A DNA stretch of 25,614 nt from Thermostichus sp. DRC_bins_24 (GTDB lineage: Bacteria; Cyanobacteriota; Cyanobacteriia; Thermostichales; Thermostichaceae): positions 1-25,614 of the forward strand of contig JAUQVK010000019.1 in assembly GCA_039794845.1 (NCBI GenBank), in the 5' to 3' direction. Shown one piece after another: positions 9,117 through 18,387 of the stretch. Numbering within the stretch: the first letter of the stretch is position 1; every line of letters starts with the position of its first letter. Made by a program: the position numbers and the translations under genes. The notes under the pieces were generated by a model, which was given only the letters and a program-made list of their open reading frames with translations, was not told the origin of the DNA and did no database searches.

Positions 9117-11291
9117 ATGGTTGCCTTAGCCTCCCCCAGCGTTCCAGAACCCCGCCAGCCGCCGCTCCTGCGCCCAGCCCAACAGCAGGCGTTGCAGTAT
9201 CAGTCTGGGCCATTGGGAATTGCCGCCGTACCTGGCAGTGGCAAAACCTTCATTCTGGAGCTGCTGATCTCGGATTTGATCCTCAACCGTGGGATCCCAC
9301 CGGAGCGGATCGGGGTGTTTACCTACATGCGCTCGGCGCGGGGCAATTTGATCAGCCGCATTAACCAACGGCTGCAACAGGCGGGCTATCTGAACCGCTT
9401 TACCCAAGCTTTTACCTTGCATTCTCTGTCATTGCGGGTGTTGCGGGAGGCCCCGGCCCTGCAGGAGGAACTGTCTATCTTGGAGCAATATGAGCGGGAT
9501 CGTCTGCTCAGCCGATTGTGTCGCGCCTGGCTTACCCACCATACCCCGCTTTGGGATCCCCTCATTCCCACCGACGATAGCCCGCAAAAGGTGGCGCAAA
9601 ATCGGGCTCGCTTTCGCCAAAGCTTTCAGCAAATGGTGCAGGCGGTGATCAGCACGGCCAAAAATCTGCGCCTTGCCCCAGAAGGGATTCCGGCCAACAC
9701 CCAAGGGTACCTGGCTTGGGCTGCCCCCATCTACGCCAGCTATCAGGCGGAGTTGCGGCGCCTCGGCAAACTGGACTACGACGATTTGGGCTGGCAAGCG
9801 GTGGAGCTGATCGATCGCAGCCCGGAGGTGCGGGCACAGGTCCAGGACTGGTACGACTACCTGTTTGAAGACGAAGCCCAAGATAGCTCTCCGCTGCAGG
9901 AAGACCTGCTGCGACTGCTCAGCCAACGCACCGGCAACTTGGTGCGGGTCGGGGATCCCAACCAGAGCATTATGGGCACCTTCACCACCGCCGAGCCTCG
10001 CCTGTTCCGGGCTTTTTGTCGGGCCAGTCCACAGGTGATCTTGGAGGAATCTAGCCGCAGCGCCCCCCAGATCATTGCGTTGGCCAATCGCTTGGTGGAT
10101 TGGGTGAATCGGGAGCACCCCCTCGGCCCTTTGCGCACCGCCCTCGCTCCCCAACACATTCAACTGGCCACCTCTGGCGGCCAAAATCCTCCCGCGAGCG
10201 AAGGTCAGGTGGAGTTCGCCTACATCCGTGGAACCCCAGAGGAGGAACTGCAACAGGTGGTGCAGCGGGCGATTCAAGCCACCCAAGCTTTTCCAGAGCA
10301 CACCGTTGTTATTTTGGTAACCACCAACGAAATGGGGGGCAAAGCCCTCAGCCATTTGCAGGAGATGGGCGCCGAGCGGGTGGTGGATCTGTTGCGCAAC
10401 AACCCCAGCCAGCGACGGGTGCTGCTGCAGCTGAAGGGGGTAATCGATCTGTTTGCGGTACCCACGGCCTCAACGCGTTTGGCGGCGGCGGTAGAGCAGT
10501 TGGCCGATTGGGCTGGGATCCCGCGGGCGGAGCTGGAGCCGATGTTGAACTGGATCCGCGCCTCTCTGCCGGAGCGATTGCTGTTTCCCGGCTTTGGCGA
10601 GGCCCCCTCCCTGCCGGATGGCTCCCACTGGCCAAAACTCGCTACCCTACTGCGCACCCTTTCCAGCTGGCTGCGGGCCGGACGTGCCCCCTGGGCGGAG
10701 GTGCTGAACTGGGTGATTCAAAGCCTCTATCGCAAGCCGGAAGAATTGTTCATCGGGCGCTACGTCATCGACCAGCTGGAACAGGTGTTGGGATCCCTGC
10801 CCGAAACCGATTGGCAGGAGATCGCCCAAGAGTTTCAGGTGATTCTGGATCACCGCCTCAACAATCTCCCCTCGGAAATCCTCGCCTTTAATCCGGATCC
10901 CGGCAGCATCACCGTCACCACTCTGCATCGCGCCAAGGGGCTGGAATGGGATCAGGTCTTCATTCCGCAATTGTCGGCTTACGAGTTCCCGACCCAGTAT
11001 GGGGATCGCCGCTTCGGATTATCTTTTTTGGAGGATGTGGACTTGCAGGCCGAGGCTCTGGCGCAGCTGCGCCAGCTCAGCCCCAGAGGCAGTTGGGATC
11101 TACAGGCCGACTCTGCTACTGAGCAAGCATTTCTGGATTTGGCAGCAGAGCGCCTGCGGCTGTTGTACGTGGGCATCACCCGCAGCAAGCGGCGGCTCAC
11201 CCTCTCGGTATCCAGTCAATCTCGCTTTGGTCACGAGCAACCTGCTTCCCTGTTGTTTCGGGCCCTCAACCCTAAGCCAGCCATCTCCTGA
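9117..11291 (+). CDS. UvrD/REP family SF1 ATP-dependent helicase
   Basis: AVPGSGKT, DEAQD, VGDPNQSI, TLHRAKGLEWD and RLLYVGITRSKRRL motifs. Confidence 0.92.
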   Translation: MVALASPSVPEPRQPPLLRPAQQQALQYQSGPLGIAAVPGSGKTFILELLISDLILNRGIPPERIGVFTYMRSARGNLISRINQRLQQAGYLNRFTQAFTLHSLSLRVLREAPALQEELSILEQYERDRLLSRLCRAWLTHHTPLWDPLIPTDDSPQKVAQNRARFRQSFQQMVQAVISTAKNLRLAPEGIPANTQGYLAWAAPIYASYQAELRRLGKLDYDDLGWQAVELIDRSPEVRAQVQDWYDYLFEDEAQDSSPLQEDLLRLLSQRTGNLVRVGDPNQSIMGTFTTAEPRLFRAFCRASPQVILEESSRSAPQIIALANRLVDWVNREHPLGPLRTALAPQHIQLATSGGQNPPASEGQVEFAYIRGTPEEELQQVVQRAIQATQAFPEHTVVILVTTNEMGGKALSHLQEMGAERVVDLLRNNPSQRRVLLQLKGVIDLFAVPTASTRLAAAVEQLADWAGIPRAELEPMLNWIRASLPERLLFPGFGEAPSLPDGSHWPKLATLLRTLSSWLRAGRAPWAEVLNWVIQSLYRKPEELFIGRYVIDQLEQVLGSLPETDWQEIAQEFQVILDHRLNNLPSEILAFNPDPGSITVTTLHRAKGLEWDQVFIPQLSAYEFPTQYGDRRFGLSFLEDVDLQAEALAQLRQLSPRGSWDLQADSATEQAFLDLAAERLRLLYVGITRSKRRLTLSVSSQSRFGHEQPASLLFRALNPKPAIS

Positions 11292-11419
11292 GCCCCGCCT
11301 ACCCCCTTCATCCATCAGTGGAAAGCAACAGGTCGCCATTCGCCTGTTAGCATAGCTAAGCCCGCTAGCGCGCCGCCCTGCGGCGATTGGGCCGTTTTCA
11401 CAGCCATGGATATTCTGCA

Positions 11420-12295
11420 ATGCAACCTCGGCGTATCGCCCGCGAACTGGCCCTGTTGGGGGTCAACCAACTGCCGGCCACGGCGGCCAAACTGAGCGAA
11501 AAACAACTGGAGGACTTGTTACTGGCGGCGGTGCGGACCCTGAGCGAGGAAACCCACGAGACCCTCTCCACCGCAGCGGCAGAAATTCAACGCAGCAACC
11601 GACTGCTGCACGAGAGCGATCCCCTGTTGTTGCCGGATCCTGATCCGGAAGAAGAAGGCGGATCCCGCTCCCCCATTGGTCGTATTCAGCAGGCCCAACG
11701 GCAACTGCAGCGGCTACAAATCACCCTGAAGGGAGCCAACACCCAACCGGCTCATGCCCTGCTCGGCGAATTGGTGGGCTTGACGGGCCAAGCACAGATG
11801 GCCCTCAGCAACGCCAGCCAATCCCTAGAACACCTGGAACAACGGCTGAACAGCGTTCGCCATATTTTGGATGAGGTGATTCAGCTGGCCCAAGAGGCCA
11901 TCAACCGGGTAGGAGCAGCTCTGTCCATGCCGGAGCTGTTGCACATTGCCCAATCCCGAGAGGTGCGGGCCTATGCCTTGCAACTGTTGACAGCCCTTCA
12001 AGCCCATAAGGAGGCGATTGATGCCCGCTTACAGGGGGTTTTGGTGGGTTGGCAACTGCAGCGGGTCGGTCGGATCGAACGCGATATCCTGCGTCTGGCA
12101 GTGGTGGAAATGGAGATTTTGGCCACCAGCCCCCCTAAGGTTGCCATCAATGAAGCGGTAGAGTTGGCTAAGAAATATGGGGAACCTGAGGCAGCCGCTT
12201 TTATTAACGGGGTGCTGCGGCGGGTGGTGGACAGCCAGATGGAAGCACAGTTGGGCCAGGATCCCTCCAGTCCCGTTTTGGGTACCGGGAGCTAA
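11420..12295 (+). CDS. nusB: Transcription antitermination factor NusB with long internal helical insert
   Basis: [13 protein letters not shown]-terminus; C-terminal [16 protein letters not shown] and [15 protein letters not shown]....FINGVLRR. Confidence 0.93.
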   Translation: MQPRRIARELALLGVNQLPATAAKLSEKQLEDLLLAAVRTLSEETHETLSTAAAEIQRSNRLLHESDPLLLPDPDPEEEGGSRSPIGRIQQAQRQLQRLQITLKGANTQPAHALLGELVGLTGQAQMALSNASQSLEHLEQRLNSVRHILDEVIQLAQEAINRVGAALSMPELLHIAQSREVRAYALQLLTALQAHKEAIDARLQGVLVGWQLQRVGRIERDILRLAVVEMEILATSPPKVAINEAVELAKKYGEPEAAAFINGVLRRVVDSQMEAQLGQDPSSPVLGTGS

Positions 12296-12303
12296 GGAGA
12301 GGC

Positions 12304-13515
12304 TCATTGCCCGGAGCTGAGGAAATTGGCCGGATCTTGATCCCGCCGGTGTTGGGTGGGAATCGGGATCCCTTGCCCCTCCCCCACCAAGGCTGCTGTC
12401 GCCTCCAAGGCTTCCCGCAAGCGCTTGGCCGCATAAATCGACATATCTCTGGGCACACTAATCCGATCCCGCAAATAGCGCAGAGCCGAGTCAGATCCCG
12501 GAGGTGGCAGACAGGCTTTCCCCGTCATCAGGTAGGTGAGTGCCGCCCGCAGGGCCTCCTCCACCAACCCATCTTCTGCCGGATTGACGCGAATCAGATT
12601 GGCCCGATGCTTGAGTACCCGATGTAATGCCTCCACCCGAGCACTCTCGGGCTCCGGATAAGCCACATCCGGTAACCCCATCCAGGGGCCGTGATCCACC
12701 CGCCGCTGGTTGATCAACGTTTGCGGCTCTCCATTTGCCCAGCACCCTCCCATCTGGGGCGGTAGATCATGCACATGGGTGTGAAAGTCGCTCTGGGTGC
12801 CTCGGTAGGTGGGGCGGCTCTCCATACCCGCAAACCAGGCTTGCAAATGGGGGTTTTCCTCCCGCAACGAATAGCCCTTGTAGTAGTAGAGGCTGGCATT
12901 CATCCGCTCCAAAAAGGGCGTAAAGATGACATCCGCAATTCCAAACTCCTCTAGAAAATAGGGGCCAGGGGTTTGGCTGAGGGCTGCTTCGACCCGGTTG
13001 ACCACCTGGATAAACTGCTCTCGGTGCTGCTGTTCCTGGGCGGCGCTGCGAACCGGAGAACACAGCCATTGACACCAGGCCCGAAACAACTGGCGCTCCA
13101 ACTGGCGCAAAGGCAACACCCGCGGCTCCCTTATCCCTTGACCCAAGGGGCCATAAGCCCGTTCTAAGGCCAGCAAAATGTCGTCACTTTCGGTGATCAG
13201 CCTGCCCTTGAGCTCCAGCGCGGGCAACATCCCAGAGGGCACCTTGCGTTTGTACCAGCTCTCTTTTTGCCCGTAGCAAAACATCGTGACTTTCTCGATA
13301 CGGTAGGGAACTTGCTTTTCCTCCAGCCATAACCAAACCTTCTGGCAGTAGGGGCACCAGGCGTGGTTATCCCGGTAAAGGGTCACCTGCACCGCCGCTT
13401 CCGATTGGCCAAACAGCCGCAGCCGCGCTTGCGCATTGGTTGGTCCCTGTACAGGATCCACCTGAAAGGTATTCAAGGTCTGCAGTTCTGCCCAACTGAG
13501 AGGGGAAACAGTCAT
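12304..13515 (-). CDS. Glutathione S-transferase family protein
   Basis: [37 protein letters not shown] and [19 protein letters not shown] motifs. Start taken at ATG 13515. Confidence 0.9.
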   Translation of the reverse strand: MTVSPLSWAELQTLNTFQVDPVQGPTNAQARLRLFGQSEAAVQVTLYRDNHAWCPYCQKVWLWLEEKQVPYRIEKVTMFCYGQKESWYKRKVPSGMLPALELKGRLITESDDILLALERAYGPLGQGIREPRVLPLRQLERQLFRAWCQWLCSPVRSAAQEQQHREQFIQVVNRVEAALSQTPGPYFLEEFGIADVIFTPFLERMNASLYYYKGYSLREENPHLQAWFAGMESRPTYRGTQSDFHTHVHDLPPQMGGCWANGEPQTLINQRRVDHGPWMGLPDVAYPEPESARVEALHRVLKHRANLIRVNPAEDGLVEEALRAALTYLMTGKACLPPPGSDSALRYLRDRISVPRDMSIYAAKRLREALEATAALVGEGQGIPIPTQHRRDQDPANFLSSGQ

Positions 13516-13628
13516 GCGGGAAGCCTCCCTGAATACTGGGATCCCCATGATCCATTCATTTCATTCCCACCAGTCCTAGAGCAGCGAATGATAAACCGAC
13601 TCCCTACTCCGTAAGGATTCCGTCAGAG

Positions 13629-13700
13629 AGCGGGCGATGAGACTCGAACTCACGACATCCAGCTTGGGAAGCTAGCGTTCTACCACTGAACTACGCCCGC
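13629..13700 (-). tRNA. tRNA-Gly (anticodon CCC)
   Basis: The reverse complement GCGGGCGTAGTTCAGTGGTAGAACGCTAGCTTCCCAAGCTGGATGTCGTGAGTTCGAGTCTCATCGCCCGCT folds as a cloverleaf. CCA is not encoded. Confidence 0.97.
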
Positions 13701-13727
13701 GGCGTTTATCGGCACCTGCTCTTCCCC

Positions 13728-13733
13728 ATTATA
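13728..13733 (-). promoter_or_regulatory. Probable -10 box (TATAAT) of the tRNA-Gly gene
   Basis: ATTATA on the + strand is TATAAT on the - strand, ~28 nt upstream of the tRNA. Confidence 0.5.
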
Positions 13734-13756
13734 GGGGTTGGCGGGCAAACCTCATC

Positions 13757-14770
13757 CTATCCTGTTTTTTCGGACGAAGGCTTGGCTTGGGGGGGATAAG
13801 GCTGCTGCTGGTGCCAATGCCAGGCCGTTTGGATGATCTTGGTCAAATCGGCGTAGAGTGGCTTCCAGCCGAGATCCCGCAGAATCGCGCTGGCATCACC
13901 CACCAAGCGTGGGGGATCCCCGGGTCGCCGCGCTCCCATTTGCACGGGGATCCGTCGTTGGGTGACGGCTTCTGCTGTAGCAATCACTTCTTTCACAGAA
14001 AATCCTTGGCCATTGCCCAGATTGTACGCTGCTTGTACGGGTTTACCGGCCGTCAGCGCTTCTACCGCCAACACATGGGCTTGGGCCAAGTCGGTCACAT
14101 GAATGTAGTCGCGGATACAGGTACCATCTGGGGTATCGTAGTCATCTCCAAAAATGGTGATGTGGGGCCGTTTGCCACCGGCGGCATCCAACACCAAGGG
14201 AATCAGGTGGGTTTCTGGGTCATGGGCTTCTCCGATTTCGCCATCGGGATCCGCCCCCGCCGCATTGAAGTAGCGCAGGCTAATGGACTGGATCCCGTGG
14301 GCAACCTGAAAGTCTCGCAAAATTTGCTCCACCATTAACTTGCTCTGGCCGTAGGGGTTAATCGGGCGTTGCGGATGACTTTCCGGGATCGGGATCCGTT
14401 CTGGCACCCCATAAGAGGCACAGGTACTGGAGAAAACGATGTAGGGGATTTCGTGATCGCGCATCGCCTCCAACAAACTCAGGGATCCCCCCACATTGTT
14501 GCGGTAGTACTTGGCGGGATCTTTCACCGACTCCCCCACGTAGGCATAGGCGGCAAAGTGGATTACCCCTTCCGGTCGATACTGCAGGATAACTTGATCC
14601 AAGCGTTCCCGGTCGGCAATATCCCCGACTTCCAGAGGGCCCCAACGGGCCGCCCACGGGTGTCCATGAGCCAAATTGTCGTAGGTGATCGGAACGTGGC
14701 CAAAGGCCGCTAAGGCTTTACAGGTGTGGCTGCCGATATAACCCGCGCCGCCCGTAACTAAGAAACGCAT
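13757..14770 (-). CDS. galE: UDP-glucose 4-epimerase
   Basis: MRFLVTGGAGYIGSH, HFAAYAYVGES, FSSTCASYG, YGQSK, LRYFNAAGAD and DGTCIRDYIHV motifs. Start at ATG 14770. Confidence 0.93.
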   Translation of the reverse strand: MRFLVTGGAGYIGSHTCKALAAFGHVPITYDNLAHGHPWAARWGPLEVGDIADRERLDQVILQYRPEGVIHFAAYAYVGESVKDPAKYYRNNVGGSLSLLEAMRDHEIPYIVFSSTCASYGVPERIPIPESHPQRPINPYGQSKLMVEQILRDFQVAHGIQSISLRYFNAAGADPDGEIGEAHDPETHLIPLVLDAAGGKRPHITIFGDDYDTPDGTCIRDYIHVTDLAQAHVLAVEALTAGKPVQAAYNLGNGQGFSVKEVIATAEAVTQRRIPVQMGARRPGDPPRLVGDASAILRDLGWKPLYADLTKIIQTAWHWHQQQPYPPQAKPSSEKTG

Positions 14771-14983
14771 AGGCAAAAGCCAGATGGGGATGCCACCCAG
14801 AATATTCCAAGATGTTCGGGATATTTTTAAAGAACTAAAGAACAGCCAGAGATGACCACAAGTGCAAACGCTTTTGAAGGCCACCCTTCCAAAATCATTT
14901 AACCTGTAACCAGGCAGAAGTTTCCTAGGAAACCAAAATGAAGAAAGTGTTGTAATCTCAACAGAGAGACTAAGGCAGTCTAT

Positions 14984-15001
14984 GTTACATAAAGTTAAAG
15001 T
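14984..15001 (+). promoter_or_regulatory. HLR1-like (RpaB) direct repeat overlapping a TAAAGT -10 box
   Basis: GTTACATA-AA-GTTAAAGT compared with the HLR1 consensus (G/T)TTACA(T/A)(T/A)-N2-(G/T)TTACA(T/A)(T/A); the second half-site has two mismatches. Confidence 0.5.
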
Positions 15002-15007
15002 TCTAGA

Positions 15008-15210
15008 GAGCTCACCCGGTTGAGGGTAAGAAGCCTGCTATCTAACCTTGCAGCCCTCGTGCGGGTTTTCTAGGGTAGGGCTTGTACTTTCTGCTCTTGC
15101 TACGCGAGGTGCAGGGTAGGTCTCAATCTCCGGAGTTGTCGTATGCAGTGCCCTATGGGCCGCCATAGGCGAACGCACTAGCGTGCCCTGGACGTAAAGG
15201 GCTGTGAGAG
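15008..15210 (+). ncRNA. Putative structured RNA / long structured 5' leader upstream of cas10
   Basis: Hand-folded long rod 15016-15133, second hairpin 15141-15186 and closing pair CTCAC/GTGAG. Many G-U pairs work only on the + strand. Confidence 0.5.
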
Positions 15211-15307
15211 GTTTGTTACAAAGATCCCCAAAAAGATCCCCAAAAGTGTCAAAGTTTTTGGTTCTCCGCCCTAGGAAACTTTTGAAGTGCTATCTACTGC
15301 CAGATCC

Positions 15308-17677
15308 ATGACAATGCCTGATCCAAAGTTGCCAACCTCCACAACCATTGCCTTAGCCTGGTGCTTAGCCTGGGGAGAATCCAGGGATCCCGCCCATGCA
15401 CCTGCCAGCCTGCAACAGATGGTGAGGGCTCTGCGCTCTGGTGATAAAGCCGGGATCCCATCTGAGCTAGGGGCTATTCTGAGGCAGATCCAGCAGTTTC
15501 AGCAAAGCTCCAATCACTTTCCCAAAACTTTACAGGCACTTCAGGCTCTCTACCCGGATGTGTGGCAACAGCAAAGCCGCATCGGGCTGGTCTATGGGGG
15601 GGCCACCAAAATCAAGGGCTATGTATTTGAGTCGGCTAAGCTGGCCGAGATCCGGGGGGCCTCAGCCTTGTTGGATCGGATCAACTTGGTGGATCTGCCG
15701 GCTTTTTTTGGGGATCCCACAGACACCTACTCCGGCTGGCAGGATTTGGATGAGGGCAGTCGTGCCCGCCTGAGGGAATTTGTAGAAGATCCCGACCCGA
15801 GAGCCGGGATCCAAGCATGGCTACAAGAGCACTATCCTGGTTTGGCGGCAGCTCTGATCCCGGAGCTGATCATCTACTCCACGGGCGGCAATATCCTGGC
15901 CTTTTGTCCGGCCGCTTGGGTCAACGATCTGGCGGATGCCATCGAGCGCCGCTATACCCAAGAAACCCTGACGGCGAATGCCTGTGCGGTGGGATCCACC
16001 TTCCGCCTGTTGGAGTTTCGCTATGGATTGTTGCGGGATCCCATTGAACAAACCCCTTGGCTGGATTGGTTGGAGGCGAATAAAGACCATTCCTTGGTGA
16101 AAGCTTATTTTGGGGCTTGTCAAGAGGAGGATTTTCAAAATCGAAAAAGTTTTAATGAATTAGTGGGAAATCTGGCGGCTCAATTCAACTACCGCCGCAA
16201 CGGCAACCCAGATCCGGAGCGAGTCAGCCGCGCCTATCCTGCTTTTTTTGAAACCCACCCCTATGTGCGCCGAGATAGCACCGACCGTCGCCTTGCCATC
16301 GCCAAAGCCGAACTGCCCGGGGATCCCTGGCTTTCGGAAGCGACTGCCCGCAAGGCCTTAGTGGGTTGCCAAGCCAAACGGATTGAAACCGGGAAACAGG
16401 GTTGGTATCGCAAGTTTCCTGAATGGGATCCCGGTTTTGTGGAGAGTTGGGTGACGCGATTTGGGCGATTTTTAGACTCTGAGGCAGGGGAGCCCTATCG
16501 GGAGCGCTATTGGCAGGATTATGAAAGCAAAGCCCGGCCCCAGGACAGGATCGGGGAAGCCCAATCTTTACGGGAAGTGGCCAATGCCAGCAACGGCTGC
16601 CAAGGGTTTGTCGCCTACATTTATGCCGACGGCAACAATATGGGGGGCTACATCCAGAAAATTAAAACTCCCGAGCAGTACCAACAATTCAGCCGAGATG
16701 TTTCCGAAGCAACTGAAAAAGCAGTTTATCATGCCCTGGCTCAGCATTTACAAGCCCATCAAATTCAGGGGTTACAGCAGGATCCCGATAGCTACCAAAA
16801 CCGCAATGGACAGTGGATTCATCCCTTCGAGATTTTAACCATTGGGGGGGATGACGTTTTCATGGTGGTACCTGCCCACAAGGCCCTAGATATTGCAGCG
16901 ACGATTTGTGAGCAGTTTGAGCGGATTCTTCTTGCCAAATCACAGGATCCCGAGCAATCTCTGAATTATGCTGCCCAGACTCCAGGAATTATCCCTCAAC
17001 GTTACCAAACTAGAGATTCTCAGGGCAGTTCAGGTCAGTTATGCCAGCTATCCAGCTCAGTAGGGGTTTTGATCGCTTCAGAGGACACCCCGATTTACTA
17101 TGCCCAGAAGCTCGCCGAGCAACTGCTTAAATCTGCCAAAACGTATTCCAAAAAGCTCAAACTCAAAGACAAAGATTATTCAGTAGCAACCCTTGATTTT
17201 CTCGCCCTCAAGTCTGTCACGATGATTGCCTCCAATATCAAAGACTTCCGTAAAGAAGCCCTCGAGATCCCCAAAGACAATCACACCCTCAAACTCTACG
17301 CCAGCCCCTACACGGTGCCGGAAATTAACGGTTTGCTTAAGACTCTTCACGCCCTCAAAGAATCAGGATTCCCGCGTTCTCAGCTTTATCAAATGCGCAG
17401 TTTCTTGGAGAAAGGCAAACGGACGGCCACCCTCAACTACCTTTATTTCCGCACCCGTCTGAAAGAGAAAGCCAAACCTCTTATGGAAGAATTTGAGCAA
17501 ACTTGGTGCAAAGCCAAAACCAACGATGGACACCTTCCGCCGTGGATGCACATTCCAGCAAACGCCAACGGATCTAAAAACAGTACCTACGAGACCATCT
17601 GGCGGGATCTCGTTGATCTGTATGCTTTTGTATCCGAACCCGTTCAAAATAAAGCTCCGACTGCTCGGGAGGAATGA
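15308..17677 (+). CDS. cas10: Type III (III-D-like) Cas10, no HD domain, intact palm GGDD
   Basis: GLVYGGATKIKGYVFES.KL.EIRGAS.LLD, IYSTGGN, YIYADGNNMG and TIGGDDVF motifs. Start is GTG 15287 or ATG 15308/15314. Confidence 0.95.
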   Translation: MTMPDPKLPTSTTIALAWCLAWGESRDPAHAPASLQQMVRALRSGDKAGIPSELGAILRQIQQFQQSSNHFPKTLQALQALYPDVWQQQSRIGLVYGGATKIKGYVFESAKLAEIRGASALLDRINLVDLPAFFGDPTDTYSGWQDLDEGSRARLREFVEDPDPRAGIQAWLQEHYPGLAAALIPELIIYSTGGNILAFCPAAWVNDLADAIERRYTQETLTANACAVGSTFRLLEFRYGLLRDPIEQTPWLDWLEANKDHSLVKAYFGACQEEDFQNRKSFNELVGNLAAQFNYRRNGNPDPERVSRAYPAFFETHPYVRRDSTDRRLAIAKAELPGDPWLSEATARKALVGCQAKRIETGKQGWYRKFPEWDPGFVESWVTRFGRFLDSEAGEPYRERYWQDYESKARPQDRIGEAQSLREVANASNGCQGFVAYIYADGNNMGGYIQKIKTPEQYQQFSRDVSEATEKAVYHALAQHLQAHQIQGLQQDPDSYQNRNGQWIHPFEILTIGGDDVFMVVPAHKALDIAATICEQFERILLAKSQDPEQSLNYAAQTPGIIPQRYQTRDSQGSSGQLCQLSSSVGVLIASEDTPIYYAQKLAEQLLKSAKTYSKKLKLKDKDYSVATLDFLALKSVTMIASNIKDFRKEALEIPKDNHTLKLYASPYTVPEINGLLKTLHALKESGFPRSQLYQMRSFLEKGKRTATLNYLYFRTRLKEKAKPLMEEFEQTWCKAKTNDGHLPPWMHIPANANGSKNSTYETIWRDLVDLYAFVSEPVQNKAPTAREE

Positions 17678-18387
17678 ACATGGTCAGCTTGGCACAACTA
17701 CCCCGTCAGGGACGCACCACAACATCCCTGTCGCTCACTGCCCGCCTCTCCTCCGCACTCTCGGTGGGATCCGGCGGCTCCAGTGGATCCCTGGCCGATA
17801 AACCCATCATTAAAGATAGTTTTGGACGCCTGTTGATTCCGGGATCTCAGCTTAAGGGTCGGCTGCGCCATGAGTGCGAAAAATTGGCCCGAGGGCTGGG
17901 CTGGCCGATCTGTCAATCTCCGGATCCCAATTTGATGTGTCCCAAACGGGAGGGGATCCCTGGGGATTTTCAGCGGCAGGAGTATCAGGGATCCCATTGT
18001 TTGGTCTGTCAAATCTTTGGCAATCCGGCTTTGCCTTCTCGCCTTTGGGTGGATGATTTGATTTGTGATCTCTCTGCAGATGCTTTTGAGGAAACGTTGC
18101 GCCCTGGGGTAACCATCAATCGCCGCCGCCAAACCGCCGAAGATCAGCGGCTCTATCTTATTGAAACCTCACCGGCTGCAGAACTGGCATTTACGGGATC
18201 CCTACACTTGTTGCCCGACTGCCCAAGCTGGAGCAAAGCCCTAATTCTGTCTGCTCTGCACCACATTCACGCGCTGGGGGGGAGCAAATCGGCGGGTCTG
18301 GGTTGGATCACCTGGGATCCCAAATCCTTGAAGGATCTGGAACCTTCGGAGCAGGATTGGCTTTTTCTGAAAAAGGGAAGGGCGTAA
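17674..18387 (+). CDS. csm3: Cas7-group RAMP (Csm3-like)
   Basis: ADKPIIKD...LIPGSQLKGRLRHECE, CLVCQIFG, RPGVTINRRRQTA and G-rich loop LGGSKSAGLG; ATGA overlap with cas10. Confidence 0.9.
   Translation: MNMVSLAQLPRQGRTTTSLSLTARLSSALSVGSGGSSGSLADKPIIKDSFGRLLIPGSQLKGRLRHECEKLARGLGWPICQSPDPNLMCPKREGIPGDFQRQEYQGSHCLVCQIFGNPALPSRLWVDDLICDLSADAFEETLRPGVTINRRRQTAEDQRLYLIETSPAAELAFTGSLHLLPDCPSWSKALILSALHHIHALGGSKSAGLGWITWDPKSLKDLEPSEQDWLFLKKGRA

Noticed and set aside
13560..13700. tRNA-Gly as an integration site for the CRISPR region
   Set aside because: No integrase and no duplicated tRNA 3' end were seen; the flanking GST and galE genes look native.
417..14713. Numerous antisense and alternate-frame ORFs in the track (e.g. 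1951-2718, 8440-9213, 9429-10355, 10100-10891)
   Set aside because: They are shadows of well-supported genes in GC-rich DNA and show no family motifs.
15008..15210. Identification as 6S RNA, guanidine-I, cobalamin or TPP riboswitch
   Set aside because: The diagnostic motifs are absent. Only a short TTTTCTAGGGT resemblance to ykkC is present, and there is no symmetric central bubble as in 6S.
14885..15290. CRISPR array or mini-array upstream of cas10
   Set aside because: No 30-40 bp repeats with regular spacers; only a 10-bp match and a 12-bp tandem duplication.
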